Of a stretch of 64,000 nt of DNA, positions 14,570 to 27,699 are shown one piece after another (positions within the stretch are counted from its first letter, which is position 1; the number at the start of each line of letters is the position of its first letter). This DNA is from Lama guanicoe (Eukaryota): contig MU054001.1 of NCBI GenBank assembly GCA_013239625.1, positions 1,243,884 through 1,307,883 on the forward strand, read 5' to 3'. A program made the translations under genes and the position numbers. The notes below the pieces were generated by a model, which saw only the letters and a program-made list of their open reading frames with translations, was not told the origin of the DNA and did not search any database.

Positions 14570-15000
14570 ATTTCTCCCTATGCTTAAACAAGTGCTGGAG
14601 CACACGACCCCCTCCTCCGAATGTCTGTTTACTTCCAAGTTTGAAATCGAGAAACACCCTTGACTCTGCCCTCTTCTTCATTTCCACAACTAGTTGGTTA
14701 TGAAGTTCTCTCACATTAGAAGTCCTTTGAAATTCATATTTCTCTCTTTTTTAATCACTGCTCTGCCTTAGTAAATACCCACATCACCTTATTTCAAGAA
14801 CACTGCTTTACTCCAAATACATCCCCTTAAACCCAAATCCATTGTACACCCTGCCATCAAACTAATCTTCCTAAAATATCACCAGCATCAGTCACTCTCG
14901 CCCTTGAAAAGCTTTGACGGCTTCCCAGGACTCAGCCCTCAAACACTACGTATTTGGCCTAAGTTTCTTGAACTTTCTATTTCAGCCAGGTAGCCCAGCA
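14570..15000 (+). mobile_element. L2 LINE remnant
   Basis: 'cccttgactctgccctcttc', 'aaatccattgtacaccctgccatcaaactaatcttcctaaaa', 'gtcactctcgcccttgaaaagctttgacggcttccc'. Confidence 0.6.
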
Positions 15001-15539
15001 AGCTGCACCTGGTTTGTACCGTCTTATCCTGACCCTCCTAATGAGTTCTGCCTCATTGGAATGACCTCCTCCCATCCGTCTGTCTACATCTTTGCAGACA
15101 ACTCGAAAGTCACCTTTGCCAAAAATCTTACTTACGTAAGTTTGAAATGAACCCACCATTTGAACCTGGACCTCACCAATGAAATGACTACCTATCTCTT
15201 GGGTCTGAGGCCCACTGGCATTTTCTCAGAGGTCTGGGAGTTTTACGAGAATTTTAAAATATTATGCCTTCATTTTGGTGATAGCCTAAAATAAATATTT
15301 TACCAGTTACAGAGATCAGATTTCTTTTTAGCACTGAAATTTTGAAATTAAAAAGCATTTTTTTCCGAGTAATACTTCTTTTCTTAATATTTCAGGGATT
15401 CACAACTGGTATCTATGAACTTCTACCATTAGAAGGGTCTAAGAACATTTTTCTTCTAAGGGAAATGGGTAAACGCCATCTGACAATCACGTATTGTCAT
15501 GTGACACATCTTCCCTAGTGTTGTCTTGAACTGTTATTT

Positions 15540-15700
15540 AAATCCTTCATTAGAGTTTACTTTTCGTGTTTCTACGCCTTATCTTCCCAAACAGATGGCA
15601 AACTCTCTGGGGACAGGGATTACGTCTTAGACTTCTTTGGATTCCTGATGCACCAAACATAATCTTGCAAAGAGCAAGTGCTTGGTTAGAACTGTTTGCT
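15540..15700 (+). mobile_element. L2 3' end
   Basis: 'cttatcttcccaaacagatggcaaactctctggggacagggattacgtctta'. Confidence 0.55.
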
Positions 15701-17759
15701 CTGGTTTTAACTAGGAGGGCCTGATCTGGTCCACATGGGAGGCTGTTGGGGACCAGAATAATGAGGACACAGTTTCACTAGATATCCATCCAAAAACTAT
15801 GGAAAGGGAGTACTCAAAGTGTCCAAATGTGAGTGGGCCTCAGCTGCACCAGCGCTGCACTACTTAGAAACATTTCCCAAACAGTCACAGGGTCCCCTGA
15901 TAATGCTTTTTATACAACAAAGGTTTTCATTATTCCTTTCTTCCAATAAGACAATAAAAATCAAGACTGTTTATTAGCCCTAAGTAAGACTGAAACATTT
16001 CTTTCCCCTAACTGGTAAGAGGTACTAGAATAAAAAAAAAAAAAGGTGTTGAATCTGACCTATTAACATTTCTGGTAAATCCTTAACCTGTGTTAATTTC
16101 ATGCTGTTGTAGAGTGAATGCTAGCGGTACCCATTCATCTCCCATATGAACAGCGTGGTCCTGTGTGTCACCCTCACCCTATAGACTTCATTAGGAGCAA
16201 AATGAAGCCAGAGGGAGATGTCAAGGAGACGCGATTAGAAGGAGCAGAGAACCTCCAAGTGGGATCTCCCCACTGGAGAACGGCAAGAGGAGTGGAAAAT
16301 TAATTGGCCACCATCCATGTGCAGCACTTCATTGATTACCTGAAATCCTTTCTCATGCACGTATGTAGAGGTGATTTATATGGCTTTACAAAGTGTACTT
16401 TATCGCGTTAGTTAAGAACTGGCCGCACTCGACAGCAGAGGCCAGCACAAATGAAGCCGTGGATGACTTTCCTAGAAGAGAGAGTATTCTTTAACCAATG
16501 TCTTTCCCGTTGTTGTTGCCTGGAGACAGGAATGGGGTCGACCGAGGAGGACCATGGCTCAAGACTGTTGATGGGACGCGAACTAATCCTGTGGGTCAGT
16601 GACTGCCACTCGTCACAGAAAGAGACCTGTGCAGTTCCATGACGAGGAGAAGGTAAAGGGGGGAAATCACTTGGATTTTACAAACCGGTAACAGATAAAT
16701 ACATAAATAAATACAGACACATTTTACTTTGTGGACAATCATTCTGAAGAATGCTAAGACTATGGAAGAAAGCAGGAAGGGAGATATGGAGACAAATGAT
16801 GAACTTGTTGCAGAATAGCCCTACCCTACTGCCTGCTGTCTCAACTGACCAAAGGGAACAGGGAAGGTAGCTTTAGAGAGACAATAACTAAAAGTAGGGC
16901 GAAGTGAGGAAGCTTTTCTTCCTCCATGAATTGTTCTTTGTTCAGGTACTCCTACAGGTTCAGCATGAAAGGTAATTAATACACAGCACACTGCTGCTGG
17001 GAATGCCTTACATAGTTACACCTGGAGTCTAAGTAGGTAACTGTCTCCCATCCCTAGTCCAAATCACCCAAGCTATGCTGTCTCAAAGTGTGGTTAGCCT
17101 TGCTTTCATAAGGCTTGGGACATGCCTGTGAAATCGAAGAGTTGTCACTTTCAACATGTTAGATACCCTAATAGCTTACATGGATTTTTCCCATGTGCCT
17201 TTCGTGCAGAAACTGAAACCCTGAAGGAAAGTTGCATCTTCCTGGATGCCTTTGGATCTTCTTCTGGTCACAGACTCCAGAACAGTATGCCAGGGAAAAT
17301 GACATTTTATTGACGATAGTGTCGGGCCATCACTCACTGCAGTATTTGTATTGTCATTTAATTTAACAGGATCATATATTGTTAACATTAACTCTTTATT
17401 GATGGAATTATGAGAAATTTAAATTTTGTTTCCTTAGACTTTTCTGGAATTTTCCAAACATTTTATAACGAGGAACTAATATCTTTATGCTAATTAAAAA
17501 TGTAGGGAGGAAAAGAAAAATCAGTAAGAGGCTCCTCCACAAAATGATCCCTGCCCTAATTTTCCCACGGTAATGTTATTAATGACTCCCATGTAATACA
17601 CACAGTGTAACTTATGACTTCTGGATTGTATTTCAGATCTTTTAAAGCACTGTATACAATAAAGTATTAATCCACAATGAAAGCTTTCATTTCTACTATC
17701 AAACTGAACAAACATCCAAGCTATGCTGTAATTCACCCCCCAAGAAAGTACAACTCAGT

Positions 17760-18340
17760 CAGAAACAGGGTACAGATTTTAGTGACACATGACATGACAA
17801 GGGTTGTAATCAGTAAAGGGTAACAATAGATTGCATTTATTTTTTTCTCTGACCACTCTTTGTAAGTGACACCATCAATCACCCTTGAGGTTTGTCACTT
17901 GGCTAGGCACACCTTTGTTACCAGGTGAAAATGACAAAGGGAACACCACATCCCTAAATCTGTTGAGCATACAAACAGGAAGTTCACTGGAGCCAAACTC
18001 CACCCACGTATTCTGAAAACTGGTGGGAGGGGAGGGAGGGGAAGAGGGGGCAGTGAGAGGCAGAACTTAATTAGCTGTGATGCCTGGGTCCACTGCTAAG
18101 CTCAGCCATGCTACCCAACTGGTGGGCCAAGCCAAAGGGATCAGAAACAGGTCTACTACTGCCAAGTTCACACTCTGCTCGAAGCGACTGTCAACTAATG
18201 ATAGATTAGATAAATCCGATTGCTCTATCAAAACATTCATCTCAAATCTTGATTAGTAAGCCTATTGAATTATGATTAATTCACAAGGGTGCTGCTGACA
18301 GATAAGATACTTTATCTGACAATGTGTACTAGTTGCTTTG
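17760..18340. promoter_or_regulatory. Candidate conserved enhancer (two motif-dense blocks flanking a G-rich spacer)
   Basis: AACAATAG 17822, ATCAATCA 17874, TGATTAAT 18273, TGACAG 18296, inverted GATA pair 18299-18318. Confidence 0.45.
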
Positions 18341-18587
18341 CCTGAAGCAAAAAAAAAAAAAAACAGAAAAACAAAACACACACACAGAGGCAAAAGAAAA
18401 CACAAACTCCTGAAGTTGCTAGTAAAATAAACAGTATCAAGATATCAAGTACTGCACATTGAGAAGGATCACGAGGCTAAGGTGCACCTTTTAATTGAAT
18501 AAAGAGCTTGTTTGTGAGAACCCAGCCTGGATACAAAGAACAAGAGGGATTAAGGGAGAGAAATACACTGGGAACAATACACTGCAA

Positions 18588-18617
18588 ACAAGAGAGCACC
18601 CCAGGGTGCTCTCTTGT
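18588..18617. repeat. Perfect inverted repeat, 14-bp arms, 2-nt spacer
   Basis: ACAAGAGAGCACCC-CA-GGGTGCTCTCTTGT. Confidence 0.95.
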
Positions 18618-19999
18618 CTTTTCAGCAAGGAGTATGTCAGAACTAGGAACCACCAACCCTCAGCTGGTGACATCCCAGTTACCCAGGCCAGAGGCGGAGC
18701 AGAACTTGCATGCCTTTGTCAACCTTACCACACAATGATTCCCTTGTCTCTGAGATGAAGGTATTTGTGCACAGAGTATTCAGCAGGCCCAAACTCTTGG
18801 GATTTTCAGGAAGTGGATTTTTTGGTTGTCGCTACTGTTAGCGACTGAAGTGATGAGGAGGAGGAGGGACTGAACTAGTACTTTTGTGTTTTGTTTTCTT
18901 AAGAAAAGGGATTCAGATGAGTGTTTTTGAATATTTTTCTGTCTTTTGCTTTTAGCTTTGTCTGAGGCCAAGGAAACCTCCAGGATGATATAGGCTAACG
19001 TCTGAGTTTAGTACTTAACAACTAAATGACTCAGGAAAAGCTACAATGGTATCTCTGCCCTTATCAACCCAGCTCATCCCAACCCCGTACCTAAACGTCA
19101 TAAATCAGCCCCTGTCCGTTCACAGCCCTGCCAATTCCCCAAATTCAGCTGTGGTTGTTGCTGGGGGAACGGGAGGTACAGAGTAAGAGGATGCTAAGTA
19201 CTTGAAATCACGTGCGATTTTAGACAGTATCATTATCTTAGCCCGACCTTATGATTTTTCCAAAAGCCTAATGTCCTATAATCATGTTTCTCTTTAGCTA
19301 GTATTAACCTCTCAGTGACTTCCCTCCTCTCTCTCTCCGTTTGTCTCTCTCTCTCATAACTACCCTCTGTTAATCAATTGTGCACTGCAGATGGGGTCAA
19401 GGAAACCTACTTCCTCCTTTGATAGCCTCCACTGTTTCCACTCTTGGGGATAAAAGTGCTTTAAATGGAGTTATATTCTAGGAAAATCAATATATGATTA
19501 CTGCAAAGATTTGTATTGATTGTCCTGTTGCATTGCAAAAGGGCTGAAGAAAAATGGCCCGGCACATTTACCTTCAATTCCTACTGCATGGAGTTTGTTG
19601 TGAATGTTTTGGGCAAGAAGGAAATGTTGGAACTTTATTGAATGACCTAAAAGCGTTTATCATTCAATCCACTTCCTTGTCTCTCTACCCGAGAAAATGC
19701 TTCCTCCTAACTCTCCTGGGCTTCTGGTCAATGGTCCTGGTGACCACAGTGACTTCCCTGGGCAGAGCTAAGGAGTGTCTACTCCCACGAGGGGGCTGTG
19801 CCCGAAACTGCTGGTCAGAATCCTGGTTTTGTTGGGAGTAGCACTGTACTCAGCTGAAAAATAGTTTGTTCCCTGTGTCGATAGATGTGACTGAGTGATC
19901 AAGGTTTGGCTGATGGAGTCTCGGGGGACACTGTCAGGTAAGGGCTGCAGGGGCAGTTCCTTACAAGGGGGGCAGGGGTAACTCTACTGCCAGGCACAT

Positions 20000-20280
20000 C
20001 TGCTTTCCCCTCTGTCTTCCTTCTTCCCATCTATTGTCGATGAGATATTAGGAGCTGGAGCAGGGCTCTTGTGACCATGAAAAAAACCCGAAACTAGAAG
20101 CCATGACAAAAGTCCGGCAGAGCAGAAAGACTGAAGGAGCCATGAACACAGGTGATGTTGGGGACCTTCCATAATGGCCCCATTCTTTGTGGATTTCTCA
20201 CCTGAAGGAAATATAAATCTCTATGTGGTTTAAGTCACTGTCTTTCTGGTCTGTAATATTTGCAGCCAAATGTGAGACAT
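20000..20280 (+). mobile_element. MLT1-type (ERVL-MaLR) LTR remnant
   Basis: 'ggagctggagcagggctcttgtgaccatga...gcagagcagaaagactgaaggagc...gtttaagtcactg...tttgcagccaaa'. Confidence 0.6.
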
Positions 20281-20469
20281 TTCTTCCATGAAAGGCCTGA
20301 TTACGTGAGTCCTCAAGGTCATAATGACTAATAAAAAATGAGTTACGCTTATCCTTAGGGCTAATGTCACAGGTAATGGCCACTGAGTGGGTCCAAATAT
20401 GTCATGGTGTCCGTAATCATTCAGTTGCCTTTCTAATCATTAGTTGAGAAATTACTACAGTAACTGTCT

Positions 20470-20945
20470 TTAAAAAGTTTAGTATACCTTTGTTATTTTT
20501 AGCTGCCCGACCTCTATTTCCTCTTCTTATGACTACTAGTAATAGGACTCCCTTTCTCTTCTGGAAACTCCTTCCCCCAGTAGCGGCCAATCCTAGTGGG
20601 ACCATCATCAAGGTGCTGTGGCCTCCCCCAGCCCAGAAGCAGGCACAAGACCCTGTTAGACTCTGGCTCTGGAGTGGAGTAAGGCTTGTTCCTTCCTGAG
20701 AAGGACACACTTTCCTGCTGCCTGGATCCTAGGAGCAACACTGCTTCCTCTCCCATCTGAGTTTATTTTTCATAGGTATTGTAAACCACTCCAGAACCCT
20801 TCAAAAAAAGAACCTCTCTCTCCTGGTTGGTTGTTGGGTTTTTCTTTTTGTTGTTGTTGTTGTCTTTTGTTTGTCTGTTTGTTTTCTGTTTTGCTTAAGT
20901 TAGCCGGCATTTGTTTCTGTTGCTTGCAACCAAAGGATTCTAACT
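20470..20945 (+). mobile_element. MLT1-type LTR remnant with internal (GTT)n
   Basis: 5' 'ctatttcctcttctt...aataggactcc'; 3' 'ttgcttaagttagccggcatttgtttctgttgcttgcaaccaaag'. Confidence 0.55.
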
Positions 20946-21699
20946 CAAGAAATGATCATCAGAAGGGAATGATAAGGCAGCCACGTTCCATTTGTTTAAA
21001 AGAAGGTCCCGAGAAAGTAACTTCCAGCCTCTGCCTTGGGCAGGTGATGCCCAGCCGAGGGCAGAGTCTGAGCAGGGCTCTGTGGTCACGCAGGGCAGAC
21101 TGCTCTGCCTCCCTGCTTCGGAAGGCACCGTGCTTGTCTCAGTAACGTGCAGCAGATGCGCTGCATTGAGGTCCTCCAATGGAATAGTAAAATTCATTCT
21201 GGTCATTCTTTGAGAAATAATGAATTTGAAATCAAATTTCCAAAATTAAGGGACCCAGGAAACCAGCTCTTTGTCTGACTTACAAACCAACAGACATCTG
21301 ACATTATTTAATGCAAAGCCCGATACCTCGAAGGCGGGAGCTTGGGTTCTCAGTAAACAGAAGACTTGCAGAATCAGTGCGCCCTAATCCTAAGGCTTCA
21401 AGGCCCGTTTACAGTGCTCTGGAATAAGAGGTATTTGACTGTGATAAATTAAGAGAAGGAGCTTCCAAAAGCCTCTACTTTATAGACAGAATACTCATTA
21501 CTACAAAGTTCTTCCTAATGGCTCATCGTCAAAGCAATTTAAAATTTTCATTGAATACGGACAGAAGCTGCTGATTATGGAGTCTACTGACTACTTAGCT
21601 CCAATGCACTACTACAGCATTTCCTTTAAAAAGTGTGGCTTATGTAGCTGGTGATACTAAATTAGGAGAAAAACATAATTTTAGTAATATTAACAGTAA

Positions 21700-21965
21700 T
21701 ACTAATAAAAGGTAACCTTTACGAGTGCTTCCTGATCCCCAAACTTTAAATACATAAAGTAATATATTACTCATAATAATCTATGTGGTTATTATTAATT
21801 ATTATTACTAATCTATGAGGTATAATCTATGAAGCATTATGATTCTCCCCTTTATTCCAACAGGCAATAAAGAGGTTCAGATGAGGCTGAGAGGTTAGGT
21901 AACTTGCCCAGTGTCATTCTGTTTTGAAAGGGAAGAACCAGGATAAATCTCAATACTACTGTGAC
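21700..21965 (-). mobile_element. MIR SINE
   Basis: Core 'cagatgaggctgagaggttaggtaacttgcccagtgtca'. Confidence 0.65.
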
Positions 21966-21989
21966 AAAATCATATATTCCTCCTACAGT

Positions 21990-22490
21990 GCTGATGGCAG
22001 TATAAACGATTATAACTAGTCCACGAACCTATTTTGGTAATGTAAGGCAAAAAGTCACACAAATGTTTATACCTTTTACTTAATCATTCCACTTCTAATA
22101 ATATATTCCAGAGAAACAGTCTAAATGAAGGAAACACCTAAAGAGATTTTTTTTGCAGTATTATTATTCATAATAGTGAAACTAGTGGAAGTAACCCAAC
22201 TTTTCAATACTGAGGAATGATTGAATAAAATGAACTCTTTAATCTTAATGGATTATTATTGTCATTGAAATGCATAACTATTAAATTATAAAGGGAAACA
22301 CTGGGAAACACTGGTGTTAAATAAAAAAGGAGAATACAAAGGTACACGTATTTGACAATGATGCCCACATTAGACACTGAATTCACATGGCTCCTGGCTG
22401 GAAACTAACATTCAAAATGAACATAGTTGTGTTGGGAGGGTGGGACTAGGGCTAAGTCCCACCCCCAGTTTTTCTCTGTCATTTTCAAAA
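21990..22490 (+). mobile_element. Ancient L1 (L1ME-like) 3' remnant
   Basis: 'gtgctgatggcagtataaac', 'atcattccacttctaataatatattccagagaaa', 'gcagtattattcataatagtgaaa'. Confidence 0.5.
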
Positions 22491-22949
22491 TCTCAGAGTG
22501 AAAAATGATGCAGGAAAAGTGCTTTCGAGAAAGGAAGAGAATTGGCACGAAGTCTCCCCAGCACCCCGGATGCCTCTGGATCTTGACTGGGAAAGCCTAC
22601 TGTCGCCCCTTCACTGTAGATTAACCAGAACGCTCCGAAGGAGGGGCAGCTTAGCAAAGCAAGGCTCTTTATCCAGTCAAGGTAAATGAGGTTCGGCTGG
22701 TCAGGAGGGTAAATAAGATTAGTTATGGGCTCCAGGTCATCCACTCATGGAGGTCAGCGAGTGTGAGATTATTATCCTTGGTAGAAGAGCCGCAAAATAG
22801 CATTAAGGAATAAATTAATGAAAAAGGTAGAAGATTATTTGAACTAAAGCCCTAATCAGTTTAGAGATTTCACTCAACTGCTCTACTGGCCATCAGTCAA
22901 GCTCACAAAACAAATATGCTTGTTCTCTTAAGTAATTCCAGGAGATCTC

Positions 22950-23850
22950 CCTTTCTTGCTTCAAAGACATCCAATCTAAGGAAAGTCATGAATAAAGTGA
23001 ACGCCAGTTTGCTGTTACACCTCGTACAAAACCCACTGAAGCATTAAGGGGCATGCTACTAAAATAGTAAAGCAGCCTGTTTATACTAGATGCATAATTA
23101 CTAGTCCTGTCTGGCTGCCGATTCCAAAGAGAGCATCATTCTCTATCCATTCAGAAACACTGAATTCACCAATGCGCAAACTGCATATTTTATTAAATAA
23201 ACACAAACTAGGAGATAATGACATACATTTGTTTTCATTACAAGTAGTAATGCAATATTTCTCCAAGACTTACTGCATTAGCATTTCTTGCCATGTTTCA
23301 CATGCCTTTGAACTTTCTGAAAAGCTACATCTGTTAGCTCCCGTGTATACAGCCGAAAGTTACCAAGCGAATTAAGTTTTAATATAAATTGCTTTGTTCA
23401 CTATTAAGATTGATGTTGGACACACTGTACTCTAAGTTGCAAACTGCAATTACAATTCGTTGCAATTATCTGTGGTTGTTAATAGCACAAGATAGCATGT
23501 CACTTTCTACCGAGTGTATAATTTATCATTTGTGTGTTTTTTTTTCCCCGTGAACTCTTGTGGTATTCCAAATGTATAATCTTGTTGTATTTATTTCCCA
23601 GTGGTCCAACAAAATGCACAGCAAGTGCTGACTAGAACAAACTAAAAAGCACTGCTATTGACAAGCCGTCACTTGAGCGGTAATGAACATTCTGCCTCCA
23701 CTTTCACCTCAACAAACGGGCAGCTTTAATTTATGATAAAGCAAAGGAGAGGCAACCTCCAGGTTTATTATACCCTCAGTGCTGTTTCAAATAAAGTAAT
23801 TAGAAGGTCAAGAGACAGGTCTGGAAAGCCAAATATAAATGCAACCCTTC
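22950..23850. promoter_or_regulatory. Candidate long highly conserved non-coding element
   Basis: About 900 nt of repeat-free AT-rich unique sequence with many TAAT/ATTA, TGCAAT, TGAC and CAAT motifs. Confidence 0.55.
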
Positions 23851-26139
23851 TGTACCGACATTAGAAAAAAAAAAAAAGCCTAGTGTGTTCAAAGAGCATT
23901 TTATCCATCTTTCTTCTCCAGAGCGGGGCAAGTCAATTTTTTTTTTTTAATACTACCGTAACCAATCAGAAACAGTGGCAACTCCGTTCTTTCACTCTCT
24001 AATTTGCTCCATATGGACCACAAGCAGCACACCTAAGAGATACTGTCCTTAGGAGAACATGACTAACTAGTCCCCCAAAACTGTTCTCAACCATAAACTT
24101 AGGACAGGTGATTAGGAATTTTATTTTATTTTATTTTTTTAATACAGAAAAACTCAATAGGTGACACGATGGAAAGGTTCTGGAAGAACCCTAATAATGT
24201 AACAGTAGCCCAAAAAAAAATCTACTAAAAAACCTCTTGCTTAATTTTTTTTTTCTTGGGGGAAAAAAAAAACACCTAAGGGAAAGGAGTTGACTTGGAA
24301 AAAAAATCACCCTTTCAATACATTTTGTTTTCAGTCATGGAAGAAACAATGACGATAAACTAACATGCTGTTTCTAAGGAAATGTCCGTAATATCATTCT
24401 TCATTTTAAAGGCTCCTAATTTTATATACATTGTAGTTTTTTACCTTCCTCTCTCTCCCTTTTTTTATATCACAAGGACAGCATGCTACAAAAGGGCTGC
24501 GAAACCCACTGAACCTTGACTTTATACCCAGTCTACCCTCTGATGAGTAAGTTAGAAAATTCTGAGGACCACATTCACTCTTCTAAGCCAGTTGCCTTCA
24601 AACATTTCCATTCACAGGTCACTTTAGCGGGAGATAAAGTCCCAGGAATCTCTGCCTACTGTTGTAAACGCTTCTCCTGGCCCGAAAAAGAAAGGAAGCG
24701 GGTAGGGAGGAGGAGAGGAGGCAGGCTGGAGAGGGTGGAGGGGAAGGAAGTACCCAGGGAAGAAGGGAGAGAAGGTCAGGGCAAGAAAAGACACCAAACC
24801 AGAACCAGACCAGCTTTCGCACAGCTATCTATAGTATTGCTACCAAATGATGCCAGTCATCCTTGGTGTCATAACCTACACAAACCCTAACAGCTACTTG
24901 AAGGCTATTACATTCATCTCGAGCCACCTATTCTGGCGGGCTACGGTGCATCCACTCCAACAGCCTTCCTAAAATAGTATTTTGCTGTGTCACGTTTGCT
25001 TCCAGTACTTTTTACCATTGTCTGTTCAAGGAGTCAGTACAATGACACTTGATTACGTAAGTGGTGTAAACATATGTTATCTCATTATTAGAACATGGAA
25101 TTATGTTGTAAAAACCCTAATGAAACTGTAAAACAAAAAGTACACAAGTATAGTAGGTGGGTTTTTTTTTTCTTTTTTCTTTTTTTCCTGGTCTCCACCC
25201 AGAAAAACAACTGAAGCAATGACTCCATCACTGTGTGGTAAGAAATGGGTAACTTTTGGGCTCTCATCTACTTGGGTAAAGGAATGGGCAGCTTTGGTCC
25301 AAGATCACCTTGACATCCTTGGTGCCACATAGTACTGCAAGCCAGGTATCGATACAGAGGCAACATCTGTATCCTATGATCCAGCTGTATACATGAAATG
25401 CAAAATACTACCGGATTTCTGACACATACAGCGTTGAGGCTGGTTTCTTCAACCCAGGGACATGTTTTCTTCTGTTGTTGCTTTAAAAAATTTTTTAAAA
25501 TTTATTTTCCAATAAAACATACCATGTCCCATTAGTGGGGAAATACATGTAGAAATAAACTACAGGCTTTTCAAAATACTCATTGAGGCAGGAATTTCAG
25601 CCATTTCTCTGAGATAAAACCAGAAGTATGTGACTGACCTGAATTCCTCAATCCCCCTCTCCTTCCCTGGAGGTGCTAATGAGCAGTGAAATGTTCAGCA
25701 TGCTGGGCTGTGCAGCAGAATAAGATGCACAGAGTGATCGAGACTGGACAGCGAGACTTGTTTCATCAGACTGGAAACCTTCGGTCCCAGCAAAAGCCCT
25801 GACAATGGCATTACTAGATGTCAAATCTCTCTACTAAACAGGACATTCTCCAATTTCTACCTCTTCCCCAAAAGAGACCCAGGCACCAAAGGTATATAAA
25901 AATAGATGAGTTCCTGGTTTCTGTCTTACAGGACCCAGGACTGAGGTCAGTTTTTAGGAAAATCTAAAGGAAATACAGAGCATGATTGGTGTACAGGAGG
26001 ACCTTACAAGTACTGCCCAGTATTGGCCAAAGCCCAGTACTTGCATATAATTTGCATATGTTAAATGCATAAATTATTGCTAAAAAATTTTAAATGGTTT
26101 TGAGAGTGTGCCAGAGAATGAAGAAAGAAAATTATGGTG

Positions 26140-26680
26140 CCTGTGGGAAGCACTTTGGTTACCTCCCCAACAACCACTTCCTCCTTCTCCCTTGCTAACA
26201 GAAACTCTATTTTATTCAGGTATTCAACACTCAGGGGAAATGGACTCCACTGTCAGCTCAGGAGGAAGGTCTTGGTTAATAAGCCAGTGATGATGTTCCC
26301 ACTTCCCCTCGTCAGTCTTTGGCTTCGGAGTAGACATCTGACCCAGATCTGGGCAATGAGACCAGAGGGAAGGTCAACTGGGAGTTCCTATGAAGAATTT
26401 TCTCACTCTTGAGAGGGAGACACTAGAAGAGTTGCTCTCTTTCCATTGCTGTTGCTTCTACATCTGGATGTGATGGCTGGAGCTGCTGCAGCCATTTGAA
26501 ACATGAAGGAAGCCAGCATAAGGGTAAAGGTTACAACAGCAGAGCTGAAGAGAGAAGAATCCAGGTATTCAATGACACCATTGGGCCTCTAATCAGATCA
26601 ACTTACAGCTGTCCTACTTCTGAACTTCCTGTAATGTGAGAGGATAATTGCCTTTGTTTAAGCCAATCTGAATCAGAGCA
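26140..26680 (+). mobile_element. MLT1 (I/J/K-like) solo LTR, near full length
   Basis: 'ttctcccttgctaacagaaactctatttt', 'tgacccagatctgggcaatgag', 'gatgtgatggctggagctgctgcagccattt', 'ctacttctgaacttcctgtaatgtgag...gtttaagcca'. Confidence 0.8.
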
Positions 26681-26779
26681 CAATTTGATACTGTACCCAT
26701 TTGTTCATTATGGAAGGGTAGCATTGACATTTTCAGCCTAGCTACAAGCACAACATCACAGCTGAATTTAAATCTCATT

Positions 26780-27230
26780 CACTGAAACTAAACTGGTATC
26801 TGCATATATTACTGGCGGAGTTTTTAAAATTGGTATAATCCTTTCGGAGAGGAGTTTGTCAATATGTATCAACAGTTATAAAGAGGTTTATAAGTTTTAA
26901 TTCAGCATTTCACTTTGGGCAATACACCTCAGGGAAAGAACCCAAACCACAAAGAAATATATACTCCTTATTTAATAGAGTATTATGCATCCATTAAAAA
27001 TGATGATTAAAACTATTAGTAAAGTAAAAAATAATTAGGACAAGTGAGCAGGAAAAGGTTATAATAACAATAACACTAAGACCACAACAAAACTTGATGT
27101 GTGTGTGTTTAAGAGTTCGGAATAAAATCTACCAAAAAATGGTTACAGAGTTGAGAGTCATGGTGGGAGATGAGGGGTGAGTTACTTTTTCCAGTTCTTT
27201 CATTTCCAAAGTTCCTAAATAGAAAATATA
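26780..27230 (+). mobile_element. Ancient L1 (L1ME-like) 3' remnant
   Basis: 'aaattggtataatcctttcggagaggagtttgtcaatatgtatcaa', 'agagtattatgcatccattaaaaatgatg'. Confidence 0.55.
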
Positions 27231-27699
27231 TACAGATATAGATATTTGAAATGTTCACCCTGCATTATTCAGCTGCTCAGTGGAATTTGTGGGCAGTGCT
27301 GATTGAAAATGTCTGGAGAGGGAGACCGGGCTAGCCTGGGGAAAAGACTGGAGGCAGATACAGAAAGCTCATTAGCACCAGGATTTCTTCACAACTAGTT
27401 GGATTTTTTTCCTTTAAATTCAGACTTTTCTCTCCACCCCCACCCTTTTTCTTTCTTTCTTTTTATTTTACTTTATTTTTTTTTTCTTTTTAAGGAGATG
27501 ATTATCCCAGGATTTGGGAACAAGAATAGTTAACAAGCATAGGATGGTGAGCTAACACACCATCACTGGAAGAAGCCATTGGGGAAAATTCCTATTTCTA
27601 AATAAGAGAAAGAAGATGCCAACTGCTTTGATTCAAGCATTCTGCTCCAGAATAAATTTGCCTGGAAGCGCAGAGGGGGTACAAGGTGGGGGCTGGGGG

